Below are positions 24,052 through 36,149 of a stretch of DNA of 64,000 nt, one piece after another. The notes under the pieces were generated by a model, which was not told the DNA's origin, did no database searches, and saw only the letters and a list, made by a program, of their open reading frames with translations. The stretch's first letter is position 1; the number at the start of each line of letters is the position of its first letter. The translations under genes and the position numbers were made by a program. Location of the stretch: the NCBI RefSeq assembly GCF_963921235.1, contig NC_086104.1, forward strand, positions 3,348,001-3,412,000. Reading direction: 5' to 3'. The DNA is from Mobula hypostoma (taxonomy: Eukaryota).

Positions 24052-24345
24052 GTAAGTTACAGTGTGTTTCTGTGGGTATGTACCTGTGTGATACTGTGGG
24101 TGCGTACCCATGAGTTTCTGTGGGTACGTACCTGTGTGCATCTGTGGGTATGTACCTGTGTGTTTCCGTGGGTATGTACCTGTGTGATACTGTGGGTGCG
24201 TACCCATGTGTTTCTGTGGGTGTGTACCGGTGTGTTTCTGTGGGTGTGTACCGGTGTGTTTCTGTGTGTACGTATCTGTGTGTTTCTGTGGGTGTGTATC
24301 TGTGTGTTTCTGTGGGTATGTATCTGTGTATTTCTGTGGCTACTG
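24038..24345 (+). repeat. 24-bp minisatellite (about 12.5 units, consensus GTGTGTTTCTGTGGGTATGTACCT)
   Basis: GT dinucleotides recur every 24 nt at 24052, 24076, 24100 ... 24316. The first unit is the leader exon end plus its donor. Confidence 0.95.
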
Positions 24346-24511
24346 TGGTGAGGGTTGCATACTGTGACGCTCTGGAGGGGATGTGGTCAACAGCCACCTG
24401 CATCTCTAATGACCTGTACTGTTTATTGTTCTTGTGTTAAAATGCTTTTGTGGGAATATGGTGGGAAATTTCAGTTCATTTATTGTTACATTTTAGCTTG
24501 GGTTATGCAGT

Positions 24512-26963
24512 TAAAGGTGCTGAGGAAGAGGATTTCTTGGAATGTATGCGGGATGGTTTTTTGAACCAACATGTCGAGGAACCAACTAGAGAGCAGGCTA
24601 TTCTGGACTGGGTTTTGAGCAATGAGGAAGGGTTAATTAGCAATCTTGTCGTGAGAGGCCCCTTGGGTAAGAGTGACCATAATATGGTGGAATTCTTCAA
24701 TAAGATGGAGAGTGACATAGTTAATTCAGAAACAAAGGTTCTGAACTTAAAGAGGGGTAACTTTGAAGGTATGAGACGTGAATTAGCTAAGATAGACTGG
24801 CAAATGACACTTAAAGGATTGACGGTGGATATGCAATGGCAAGCATTTAAAGATTGCATGGATGAACTACAACAATTGTTCATCCCAGTTTGGCAAAGAA
24901 ATAAATCAAGGAAGGTAGTGCACCCGTGGCTGACAAGAGAAATTAGGGATAGTATCAATTCCAAAGGAGAAGCATACAAATTAGCCAGAGAAAGTGGCTC
25001 ACCTGAGGACTGGGAGAAATTCAGAGTTCAGCAGAGGAGGACAAAGGGCTTAATTAGGAAGGGGAAAAAAGATTATGAGAGAAAACTGGCAGGGAAGATA
25101 AAAACTGACTGTAAAAGCTTTTATAGATATGTAAAAAGGAAAAGACTGGTAAAGACAAATGTAGGTCCCCTACAGACAGAAACAGGTAAATTGATTATGG
25201 GGAGCAAGGACATGGCAGACCAATTGAATAATTACTTTGGTTCTGTCTTCACTAAGGAGGACATACATAATCTTCCGGAAATAGTAGGGGACAGAGGGTC
25301 CAGTGAGATGGAGGAACTGAGCGAAATACTTGTTAGTAGGGAAGTGGTGTTAGGTAATTTGAAGGGATTGAAGGCAGATAAATCCCCAGGGCCAGATGGT
25401 CTGCATCCCAGAATGCTTAAGGAAGTAGCCCAAGAAATAGTGGATGCATTAGTGATAATTTTTCAAAACTCGTTAGATTCTGGACTAGTTTCTGAGGATT
25501 GGAGGCTGGCTAATGTAACCCCACTTTTTAAAAAAGGAGGGAGAGAGAGAGCGGGGAATTATAGACCGGTTAGCCTAACGTCGGTGGTGGGGAAACTGCT
25601 GGAGTCAGTTATCAAAGATGTGATAACAGCACATTTGGAAAGCGGTGAAATGATCGGACAAAGTCAGCATGGATTTGTGAAAGGAAAATCATGTCTGACG
25701 AATCTCATAGAATTTTTTGAGGATATAACCAGTAGAGTGGATAGGGGAGAACCAGTGGATGTGGTATATTTGGATTTTCAAAAGGCTTTTGACAAGGTCC
25801 CACACAGGAGATTAGTGTGCAAACTTAAAGCACACGGTATTGTGGGTAAGGTATTGATGTGGATGGGAAATTGGTTAGCAGTTAGGAAGCAAAAAGTGGG
25901 AATAAACGGGACCTTTTCAGAATGGCAGGCGGTGACTAGTGGGGTACCGCAAGGCTCAGTGCTGGGACCCCAGTTGTTTACAATATATATTAATGACTTG
26001 GATGAGGGAATTAAATGCAGCATCTCCAAGTTTGCGGATGACACGAAGCTGGGTGGCAGTGTTAGCTGTGAGGTGGATGCTAAGAGGATGTAGGGTGACT
26101 TGGATAGGTTGGGTGAGTGGACAAATTCATGGCAGATGCAATTTAATGTGGATAAATGTGAAGTTATCCACTTTGGTGGCAAAAATAGGAAAACAGATTA
26201 TTATCTGAATGGTGGCCGATTAGGAAAAGGGGAGGTGCAACGAGACCTGGGTGTCATTATACACCAGTCATTGAAAGCGGGCATGCAGGTACAGCAGGCA
26301 GTGAAAAAGGCGAATGGTGTGCTGGCATTTATAGCGAGAGGATTTGAGTACAGGAGCAGGGAGGTACTACTGCAGTTGTACAAGGCCTTGGTGAGACCAC
26401 ACCTGGAATATTGTGTGCAGTTTTGGTCCTCTAATCTGAGGAAAGACATCCTTGCCATAGAGGGAGTACAAAGAAGGTTCACCAGATTGATTCCTGGGAT
26501 GGCAGGACTTTCATATGAAGAAAGACTGGATGAACTGGGCTTGTACTCGTTGGAATTTAGAAGATTGAGGGGGGATCTGATTGAAACGTATAAAATCCTA
26601 AAGGGATTGGACAGGCTAGATGCAGGAAGATTGTTCCCGATGTTGGGGAAGTCCAGAACAAGGGGTCACAGTTTGAGGATAAAGGGGAAGCCTTTTAGGA
26701 CCGAGATTAGGAAAAACTTCTTCACACAGAGAGTGGTGAATCTGTGGAATTCTCTGCCACAGGAAACAGTTGAGGCCAGTTCATTGGCTATATTTAAGAG
26801 GGAGTTAGATATGGCCCTTGTGGCTACGGGGATCAGGGGGTATGGAGGGAAGGCTGGGGCGGGGTTCTGAGTTGGATGATCAGCCATGATCATAATAAAT
26901 GGTGGTGCAGGCTCAAAGGGCCGAATGGCCTACTCCTGCACCTATTTTCTATGTTTCTATGTT
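24512..26963 (+). mobile_element. Young 5'-truncated CR1 in intron 1
   Basis: ORFs 24450-26093 and 26100-26870 are separated only by CAG>TAG. Highly similar to 2710-5170; (TATGTTTC)n tail. Confidence 0.97.
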
Positions 26964-27259
26964 ACTTGCTTGTGTATTTGTGGGTCACTGTAGCTGTAAT
27001 CGGGGTGTGTGATGGTCACCTCCCCCGTCGGTGTGAGACTGGTTGGGTTCACTCTGCGGGTCAGTGCCCAGTCCGTTTTGTGTTTATCACAATATAATGT
27101 TTGTTGAGTTCAATGAGCTTCGTCGTCTGTCGCTGTGGACTGAATACTCGCCTCATTGGTGTCAGGGGTATTTCTTTTGCTACTTCTTTACACATTCCCC
27201 TAAACTCTCTACTCTTTATAAAACTGAACAAAACTTTCAGTATCCTGCTCTATATTATT

Positions 27260-28300
27260 GGCTAGTTTGCCCTCATATTTCATCTTTTCCTTTCTTATAG
27301 CTTTTTAAATTGCCTTTTGTTGGATTTTTAAAAATTCCCAATCATCCAACTTCTCACTCACTTTTGCTACTTATATGCCTTTTCCTTGGCTTTTATGCAG
27401 CTCTTAACTTCCTTTGTCAGTGACAGTTGCCTACCCCTGCCATTTAGAACTTCTTCCTCTGTGGGACATATCTACGCTGCGCCTTGTGAACCATTCCCAA
27501 ACACTCAGCCATCTCTGCTCTGCTGTCGTTCCCACCAGTATCCTCCTCCAATCCACCTAGGCAAGCTGCTCTCTCATGCCTCTGAAATTCCCTTTATTCC
27601 ATTGCAATACTGACACATCTGACTAATGCTTCTCCTTCAGAATTTCCTGTATGAATTCAATCAAATTGTGATCACTGCCTCCTAAGTGTTCCTTCACTTT
27701 ATGCTCTCTAATAAAATCTTAATTAAAACACAACACACAATCTAAGATAGCCTTTCCTCGTGTGGGCTCAAGCAGAAGCTGCTCTAAAAATCCGTCTCAT
27801 AGGTATTCAACAAATTCCCTCTCTTGCGATCTAACATCCACCTAATTTTCCCAATCCCCCTGCATATTGAAGTTCCCCATTACAATTCTGTCATTACCCT
27901 TTTCACATGCCCTGTCCAGCTCCCTCTGCAATCTCAACCCCACACCTTGGCTCCTATTTGGAGGCCTATATGCGATCCCCATAATGTTTTTTTTACCATT
28001 GCCGTTTCCTAATTCCACCCACAATGATTCAACATTCTCTGACCCTATGTCACCTGTTTCTAAAGATGTAATTTCTCTTACCACCAGATCCACAACACTG
28101 GCTATATCTTCCTGCCTGTCTTTTCAATACAAAGCATATCCTTTGATATTAAACCCCCAACAATTACCTTCTTTCAGGCATGACTCATTACAGTGATGTA
28201 TCTCCAATTGTGTCACGTTCATCCCTTTTATTCAGAATGCTATGTGTGTTTAAATACAGCACCTTCAGTCCTGCATTCTTCACCCTTTTGAGATTTGCCT
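27260..28300 (-). mobile_element. Old CR1 endonuclease-region fragment
   Basis: ORF 27842-28093 (ESLWVELGNG...YRPPN...GNFNM). Confidence 0.8.
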
Positions 28301-28544
28301 CTTGGTACAATTTAACCATTTGCACTGTTTACATTTACAGTATACCCAATCATTTATACCTGCTGCAAAGTCCATTGGTTGTGATATTTCAAGGATGGCT
28401 GCATACCAAAATGCTCTACTCTCTCTGCACCCATGATTTTGTGGCTCAGCACAGCTCAAACACCATCTATATATATTGGCCTGGTTAATATTTTTACTGC
28501 TGTGCTGTGAGGTATTTCATATTAATAAGTTTTCTGTAAAAGTA

Positions 28545-29330
28545 GTGTGTCCAGCTGGTATAATGCTTTGGTTTTGGCTAAAAGTGAGGGGCAATGTTGG
28601 TCAACTTAGGAATGTTGTGTCAGCCAATCAGGATGGTGGGATTCGGAGAGTGTTCTAGAGAGAGCTGGGCAGAGAGAGATTTGTGACGGACACTGGTGGG
28701 GATCCTGGTCTTTTGGCGGGAGCTGTGGTAGAGAGAAGGTCGGGAGAGATGCCCAGAAGATTTGATCCAACGGGAGACGCCATTGCAAGGAGTGCTTTGT
28801 GGAATGAAAGAGGTCAATATGGGAAGATCTAACTGTGACTGGTGATGAGAATTCAGTGCCGTGAGTAATGGTTATACCCAGTTTTTGGACAATATGAGTT
28901 GCAATAGTCATGTGCACATTTAGACTGTTCTAGTTGTAATGAGCCCTTTTATTTTTATATTTTCTTTACTTCCTTTAATAACTGTTTTCTAAATATAGTT
29001 AAATATATTTTCTTTATAATTTTATGCTGGTGTATGATTTGTCATTTCGTGGCAACCAGTAACTCTGTATGGGCAGTACTAGCATTTGCTCAGATCAAGG
29101 TTTGGTTAATCGAAACATCTCAACTTTCTTGTTTGGTTGAACCCCAAATCATACCAACCCTCAGCAGATATTGTTTATGAAAGGTATCCTTCTGACCGTA
29201 GAGTCACTAGGCTATTAGCAGAGTTAGCTATTGAGTCAAGTTTGCATATGAGTCCAGTGAGTGGGTTACCCTTGTGGGGACTTCTTCTGAGTATCTCTTA
29301 ATGCTATGTGAATGCTTTTTAAGAAGTCAG
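28545..29330. mobile_element. Possible solo LTR
   Basis: TG start, CCAATCAG box, purine-rich U3-like half and AT-rich half. No TSD or second copy was found. Confidence 0.35.
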
Positions 29331-29334
29331 AGGT

Positions 29335-30128
29335 ATCAAAGGTTTCAAACGTTTTAAAGGTACATTTAATGTCAGAGAAATGTATACGATATACATACTG
29401 AAATGTTTGTTCTTCACAACCATCACAAGAATGAACGACAGTTAAATGTTAGAACCCCAAAGTCTCCCCCAGCTCCTCTCCCTCCCGCGCATAAGCAGCA
29501 GCAAGCAACAATCCCCTCTCCCCCCACTGGCAAAAAAAAGCATCGACACCCGCTACCGAGCACTCAAGCGTGAACAAAGCAACAGTAAACACACAGACTT
29601 GCAGTACTCCAAAGACTACATTTTTCACCTGGCATTCGATATACCACAGGCTCCCTCTCTCCCTAATAAGGGAGAGAGAGATGTCTTCATTTCACAGCGA
29701 TAGGGGAGACATAACAAACAACTCACTGGTTTATGATGTTAAAAATCCATTGCGTCGCTTTTTTCGAGCTCTGTGCCCATAGATCTCGGATAGATAGCCA
29801 TAGATCTCACGACTCCCCCAATGGCACACAGATCTCCTGCTGTGACACCGACCTTTGATCTGCCCGTCTCCAGAGCCCCGAGATCCTAGGCCTCCAAAGG
29901 CAAGCTGAACTCTTAGGCTGAGCCCTCGGTATGCCAAAAAACGGCCAGTCCTGAAACCCCGAGAGTGGGTCCCATTCCCGCAAAGAACTGTAGTCAGCGT
30001 GTAACTCCAGGTCAGGATCTTCAAAAGAACCCTGAAAGGGAAAAATAGAGATATTAAAGATGGAAATAGAACTGTTTCTGAAGATGCAAACAAAAGAGTC
30101 ACCGTTAGGCACCATTAATCCTCCTAAG
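29335..30128 (-). mobile_element. Non-autonomous LINE-derived element (about 790 bp, no coding capacity)
   Basis: 5' end ...GGAGGATTAATGGTGCCTAACGG... and a degenerate (TTTGAA)-like tail. Organisation resembles the 2171-6380 element but the sequence is different. Confidence 0.5.
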
Positions 30129-30419
30129 CTCTGTACCTTCCACTTAATTGATTAACTGTTTTGTGTATTTAAGTCTGTGTTTAAACTTGTGTCGGGGAAA
30201 GTGATTATGGTACTTTATTATGTACACCACAGTGATTAAGGTTTGGTGTGATTTGAAGTGATTATCCACAAATAATGCTTGTGGTCTGAGCGAGTGTATA
30301 TCTGAAGTCCTAATGAACTGCTACTGAAAGTGCTGGGTTCTGTGAAAGTATTGTGGAAAGTTATGCTGGAGAATGGTGGTTTCATCAATTTGCTGGTAAG
30401 GATGTGGTGGTCGTCCTGG

Positions 30420-31170
30420 CTAGCAGTGATGTAACTGAAGCTGCACTGCCTGGTAAGATCAGGGCACCTGGAGAGGTGGGCCATGGGCAGTCCATATTTT
30501 TAGAGAAGGTGGACACATAGTTGAGGTTGAAGACGTTAAAGATGAGTTAAAGTCATGCGTTAGCAGCAGGAACTGCAGTGGGGTAAGCAGGCAGCCCTGG
30601 GGGACGCCAGTGCTCTGTGTGATGACATCAGAGATACAGACCAACTGTGATCCCTTCATCAGGAATTCCGAGATCCAGTTACAGACATCCACCATAGATA
30701 GATTCTCACAACAGCTTTTGTGAAATTATTATATTGAAAGCAGAACTGAAGTTGATGAAGAACATTCAGACAGAGGAGGTATTATTTTCCAGGTGGGTCA
30801 GGACTGTGAGTGGAGGCAATGTCATCGTCAGTGGATCCATTTGGTCTGTGTGCAAAATGGTAGATGTCCAATGTGGTGGGACAACTTTAATACAGTTAAT
30901 AACCAGTCACTCAAAACACTTCATTATTTCACAATCTGTGCCTCGGAATGGTGTTTATTGAAGCAGGACACATGCAGTTTCTCAGACACTGGGACGATGC
31001 TGGTGGCCTTGTAGAGTGCGGGAATGATGCTCTGATCCAGGGAGATGTTGAAGATGTCAGTGAGAACATCTGCTAGATGAGCTGCACAGTCTCTGAGCAG
31101 ACAGACAGGTATGTTGTCAGGCCCTGCAGCTTTACTGGGATTTTCCTCACATCAGCTGTGGCCAGATAGA
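30420..31170 (-). mobile_element. Rex1/Babar-like RT fragments
   Basis: CNWISEFL...STGVPQGCLL (30459-30695) and KAAGPDNIP...LADVLTDIFNISL (about 31040-31140). Confidence 0.75.
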
Positions 31171-31427
31171 ATGCCTGCTCCTCGGAGAGAGGGGGTGCCT
31201 GTCTCGTCCACATGATGTTTAGTGCGTCAAAGGTTTATACATAGAGGATGTTCTGCCTGTCAGACAGAGAGGAATCACAGTCATTGACATTCAGGTTGTT
31301 ATAATCTCCTATTGTGAACTAAATGCTCTGTCACAAGTGCTATGTGTCCCTGGTGTTACAGAAATGTTTGTAGATGTTCGGTGTTCAACTGCCATATTAT
31401 CCTATTCTTACCCTCAATGGCCCACAG

Positions 31428-31648
31428 ACAACAACTCACACAATAAACTGGAATAGTATTTACTCCTTACAATAATGGCCAAGTTTACAGGTCGGAGGGC
31501 TTCTCCGATCGATTTCAGCTTTCCAGGAATGTCGCCACTAACAGCTACTCACTGACCATCAGCAACGTGACGGTCACTGAGCCTAAACTTTACATCTGTG
31601 GCATTTGGGAGTCAGTCTTTGGAAAGGGAACCCAGCTGAATGTGACCA
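31428..31648 (+). pseudogene. Decayed duplicate of the V1 exon (A-C strands deleted, frameshifted)
   Basis: Encodes GIVFTPYNNGQVYRSEGFSDRFQLSRNVATNSYSLTISNVTVTEPKLYICGIWESVFGKGTQLNVT and keeps the A|GTGAGT donor. An acceptor remnant CCCACAG ends at 31427. About 130 nt and 10 nt are deleted relative to V1. Confidence 0.9.
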
Positions 31649-34320
31649 GTGAGTACTTCATGTTGGTTCTGTTTTCCAGTCATGTCCCTGTATCAATGAG
31701 TAATGATGATATTGTATGTTCAGTTTCACAGAAACAGTCGCTACTACAAGTTTATAAAGAGTGGTCCAAACTTAATGTGGATAAAGATTCACTGCCTGAC
31801 AAACTGAGGGGTACTTAGGGATGGAGAATAAATATCGGCATGGACAGTGACATCACTGTCCCGGGAATGGAGAAAAGCTTTTCAATTTCCTTCCAAACTC
31901 CCCATATTGGCTGTTCAGTTCAAGTTCAATTGTCATTCACCCACACACATGAAAACAGCCAAATGAAACAGTGTTCCTCTGGGGCCAAGGTGCAGAACAC
32001 AGTACCAACAGCACACAGCACATATAGTCATGGTAGCAGAACAACATACAGTCCAATATAGCCCAAGTCCCTGAGTGGCATAACCTGTAGATTGATGGTC
32101 CTGGTCCAGCTGGTCTTCCACTGGACCAATCCTTTTTCACAATAATGTTGGTACCAATGTGTACCCACAACTTCTGGTTGTTCAAACTCCCCCTTTAGAA
32201 TGCAGAGAACATGATTCAAAATGTTGGCATCTGGGAAGCAGCATATTATCTGAGAGTCTTTGATGAGTTTGCTTGGAAATGAAGGTGGAATTATGTCTGA
32301 ACAGAATGTCAGACAATGGGCTGGTTTATGTCTGTGAAAGGAGGCAAGGAAAAATGGGATGAGTAGTGTGGGCGTGTAGCATTTAGGCAGGGCATGGTCA
32401 CACGGTCCTGTAGGAAGCAGGTGCTGGACAAAGAGGCTGTGAGATCTGTCCCCACCTGGCGTGAAAGGTTAAACCCTGAGACAACAGTGTTCAACCACAG
32501 AGAAAACCAAACCTCTCACTACACCGTGTGTCCTGTACACAGCCTCCTGTGAACTGCTTTTCTGTCCAGGTCCCTCTTTGTGCTACAGATGCAGGGGAGC
32601 ATGAGGAAAGAAACAGCTGGAGGCCATTCAGCCCCTCATGCTGAATCTGCTGTTCAGCAACATCAAGGCTGATATTTGAACGTGTTGTACTTTACTCATA
32701 TCTCTAGTTCAACTTCATAGGTGAAGCTATTTTCATGTCTGTGTTGAATCTACTTAGCCAGCAAAACTAAGGGTTCAGGCACATAATTCGCTGAAACTGG
32801 CGATACAGATTGATAGGTTGGGGAAGACAGGGTTTGGCCCGTTTGTCATCGTCAGTCAGTGCTTTGAGTGCAGGAGTTGGAAGGCCATGTAACAAGATGC
32901 TGGGGAGACCACACTTGGAGTATTTTGCACAGGTTTGCTCATCGTGTAATAAAGATGTCATTATACGGAGTTTGAACAGAAGCCAATCAAACTTTGCTGG
33001 TGAAAAGTAAAGATGACTTCACCCAGTTTGGGGAGTGAGCTTTAAAAATCATTGGTTTGTTGCCGGTTTCTGGAAGTTTGAACAGTGGCAAGTCGGAGTT
33101 TGGCACATGGTATCTCGTAAGCTCTCTCTTGCTCATTCTTTATCTGTTAGTGTCACTTGGAGTCTTGTGAGCATTTTGGATCCCTTATTTAAGAAAGGAT
33201 GTGCTGATATTAGAGAGGGCTCAGAGGAGGTTCACGCGAATGATTACAGGAATGAAAGGGTTAACATATGAGCAACAAATGAAGGCTCTGGGCCTGTACT
33301 CACTGGAATTTAGAAGAATGATGGGGGGATCTCATTGAAACCCATCCAATGTTGAAAGGCCGAGTTCGACTGGATGCGAAGCGGATGTTTCCTATGGTGA
33401 GGCAGTCTAGGACCAGAGGGAACAGTCTTCATTTAGAGGTACGTCTATTTAGAGCAGAGAAGAAGAGGAATTCCTGTAGCCAGAGGATGGTGGATCTGTG
33501 GCAATTACTGCCACAGGTGGTTGTGGAGGGCAGGTCACCAGGGCATTTAAGGTGGAGGCCTGGATATCTGAGCTGTCTGTCCCTGGAATGAAAGACTCTG
33601 ACGTGACCGTAGAGGTGTCTGAAATCATGGGGGAATTAGATAATCGCTTTTGCCATTTGCATAATTTGTTCTTTTTCACACCACTGGGTGTTTGACGTTT
33701 TCTTGAACGGGTTCCATGCTGTTTTGTTGTTCAGTGACTGCCTGTGGGAAGATGAATCTCAGAGTTGTATTCTGTGTACACACTTTGATCATAAATGTAC
33801 TTTGAATCTTTAATATGGTGGGTGGTCAGAGTCCTTTTCGCAGGGGAACTGAGTCTAAAGGAAAAGGTGCAGGTTTAAGATGAGGGGGGAGGATTGAATG
33901 GGGACCAGAGGGACATGTTTTCCATAGAGAGGGTGGTGTGTATATGGAACGAGCTGCCAGAGGAAGTGGTAGAGGGGATACAATTACAACAATTAAAACT
34001 CATGAGAATAAGAACGTGGACAGTAAACCTTAGAGGGATTATGGGCCCAGCACAGGGAAATAGGACCAGTTCAGATAAATATCTTCGTCAGCAGGGACAT
34101 GTTGGGCAGAATGGCCCATTTCTGTGTTGTATAAATCCATGACTCTGTGACCCTCAGCCCCCATTTGTTCTTCAGTCCTGTCTCCAACCCGCGGTTCAGC
34201 CCATCAGCATGTCAGTGCGATTTGGTCACAACTGTCTATAAGTCCCCAACTAGATTAATACTGACGTGATATCCCCTGGGTCTGGCTGTTTTCTGACCTT
34301 CAGTTGTTTACTGCCCACAG

Positions 34321-34683
34321 GTGTAAATGCAGGTACAGTCCTGATCCAATCACCAGGAGTTGTGAAGGTGCGTGAAGGTGGAACGGTGCTGATACAGTGT
34401 GTCCTGGAGAGCAGTAATGTGAATGACATTGTGGATAAATTCACTGTACACTGGTACAACTCACACAATAATCTGACAGATAAAGGAATTGTCCTTTCTC
34501 TTTACACTGATGGCGGAGTTTACAGATCACGGGGCTTCTCCGATCGATTTCAGCTTTCCAGGAATGTCACCACTAACAGCTACTCACTGACCATCAGCAA
34601 CGTGAAGCTCACCGACTCTAAACTTTACATCTGTGCCATTTGGGGGACGGTCTTTGGAAATGGAACCCAGCTGAATGTGACCA
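34321..34683 (+). CDS. Exon 2: V-set Ig domain 1 with germline-fused J-like segment
   Basis: Acceptor ...actgcccacag|, donor A|GTGAGT, 363 nt, phase 1-1, open frame. Motifs VLIQSP, B-strand Cys (LIQC), VHWY, RFQLSR, SLTISNV, DSKLYIC and WGTVFGNGTQLNVT. No RSS. Confidence 0.95.
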
Positions 34684-35699
34684 GTGAGTACTTCATGTTG
34701 GTTCTGTTTTTCAGTCATGTTCCTGTATCAATGAGTAACGTTGATTCTGTATGTTCAGTTTCACAGAAAAGCTATTATTACAAGTTTATAAGCAGCGGCC
34801 CAATCTTAATGTGGATAAAGATTCACTGCCTGCCGAGCTGAGGGGTACTTAGGGATGGAGAATAAATATCGGCATGCCCAGTGACAACATCCCGTGAATG
34901 GAGTAAAGCTTTTCAGTTTCTTTCCTAACTCTCCACATCGGCTGCTCAGTTCACGTTCCAGTTTAATTGTCATTCACCCACACACATGAATACAACCAAA
35001 TGAAACAGTGTTCCTCTGGGGCCAAGGCTCAGAACACAGTACCAACAGCACACAGCACATATAGTCATGGTAGCAGAACAACATACAGTCCAATATAGCC
35101 CAAGTCCCTGAGTGGCATAGTCTGTAGATTGATGGTCCTGGTCCAGCTTGTCTTCCTCTGGACTGATCCTTTTTCACAACTATCTTGGTACAGATGCAGG
35201 GGAGCATGAAAAAAAGCAGCTGGAGGCCATTCAGCCCCTCATGCTGAACCTGTTGTTCTGCAACACCATGGCTGATGTTTGAACACATTGCAATTTTCCC
35301 ATATCTCTTCTTCAGCTTCATATGTGAAACTATTTTGGTGTCTGTGTTGAATCTACTGTGTGCCTGAGTCTGCAGTTCTCAGAGTTCAGATACATAGTTC
35401 CCTGAAACTGGTGATGCAGTTAGATAGGGCTGTGATGATGGCATTTAGCACGTTTGTCTTCATCAATCAGATCTTTTTTCTGCAAGAATTGGAACATATT
35501 ACAAGATGCTGGAAAGCCCACACGGAGTATTTTGCACAGTTTTGGACATCCTAGAGTAATGGATACACTGTAATTTATACAGTGTTTGAACTGCAGCCAA
35601 TTGGAGTTAAGTTGATGAGGGAGCTTTACAATCACCCCTTTGTAGCAGTGTTTTTCAGAGATTCCACAGCAGCCAGTTGGCATTTGGACATGGAAAGTA

Positions 35700-36130
35700 A
35701 AAGTAAACACAAGAAAGTCTGCAGATGCTGAAATCCAGAGCAGCACACACAAAATGCTGAAGGAACTCAGCAAGTCAGGCAGCGTCTATGGAAAAGAGTC
35801 AACGTTTGGGCTGAGGACTGAAATAGACAGCGAAAGACTCATGAATTAAAAGGATAGATAGAAGGTGATAGGTGAAGCCAGGCTCGTGGGAAAGGTAAAT
35901 GACTGGGGATAAGGGAGTCTGACAGGAGACGAAAATGGACAATCGGAGAAAGGGAAGGAGGAGGTGATGGGCAGGTGAGAAATAGTAAGAGGCCAGAGTG
36001 AGGAGTAGAAGAAAAAGGAAAGGGAGTGATTATTTTTACTGGAAGGGGAAATTGACACTCACACCATCAGGTTGGTGGCAACACACAGATGGTACAGTAT
36101 ATAAGGATTTCTCCTCCACCCTGAGGGGGT
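35700..36130 (-). mobile_element. Older Penelope-like 3' fragment; hammerhead region eroded
   Basis: Reverse complement has cccaaacgttgactc...gctgcctgacttgctgagttcc...cagcatctgcag. Confidence 0.7.
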
Positions 36131-36149
36131 TTCAATATGCAGGTCGATT

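Larger units (their letters stand above)
31405..35550 (+). repeat. Tandem segmental duplication: about 31405-32940 vs about 34295-35550
   Basis: The V exon 3' half and over 1 kb of downstream intron align at roughly 89% by eye. The first copy has an extra ~430 bp (about 32155-32585). Confidence 0.88.

Noticed and set aside
23909-24440. ORFs with repeated PTETHRY, VFLWVCTC or YLCVSVG peptides
   Set aside because: These are translations of the 24-bp minisatellite in three frames. Only the upstream leader exon is supported as coding.
31440-31648. Claim of positive selection from the excess of amino-acid changes between V1 and pseudo-V1
   Set aside because: About 18 of 24 differences are nonsynonymous, which is what neutral drift gives. 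Only the spatial clustering is reported.
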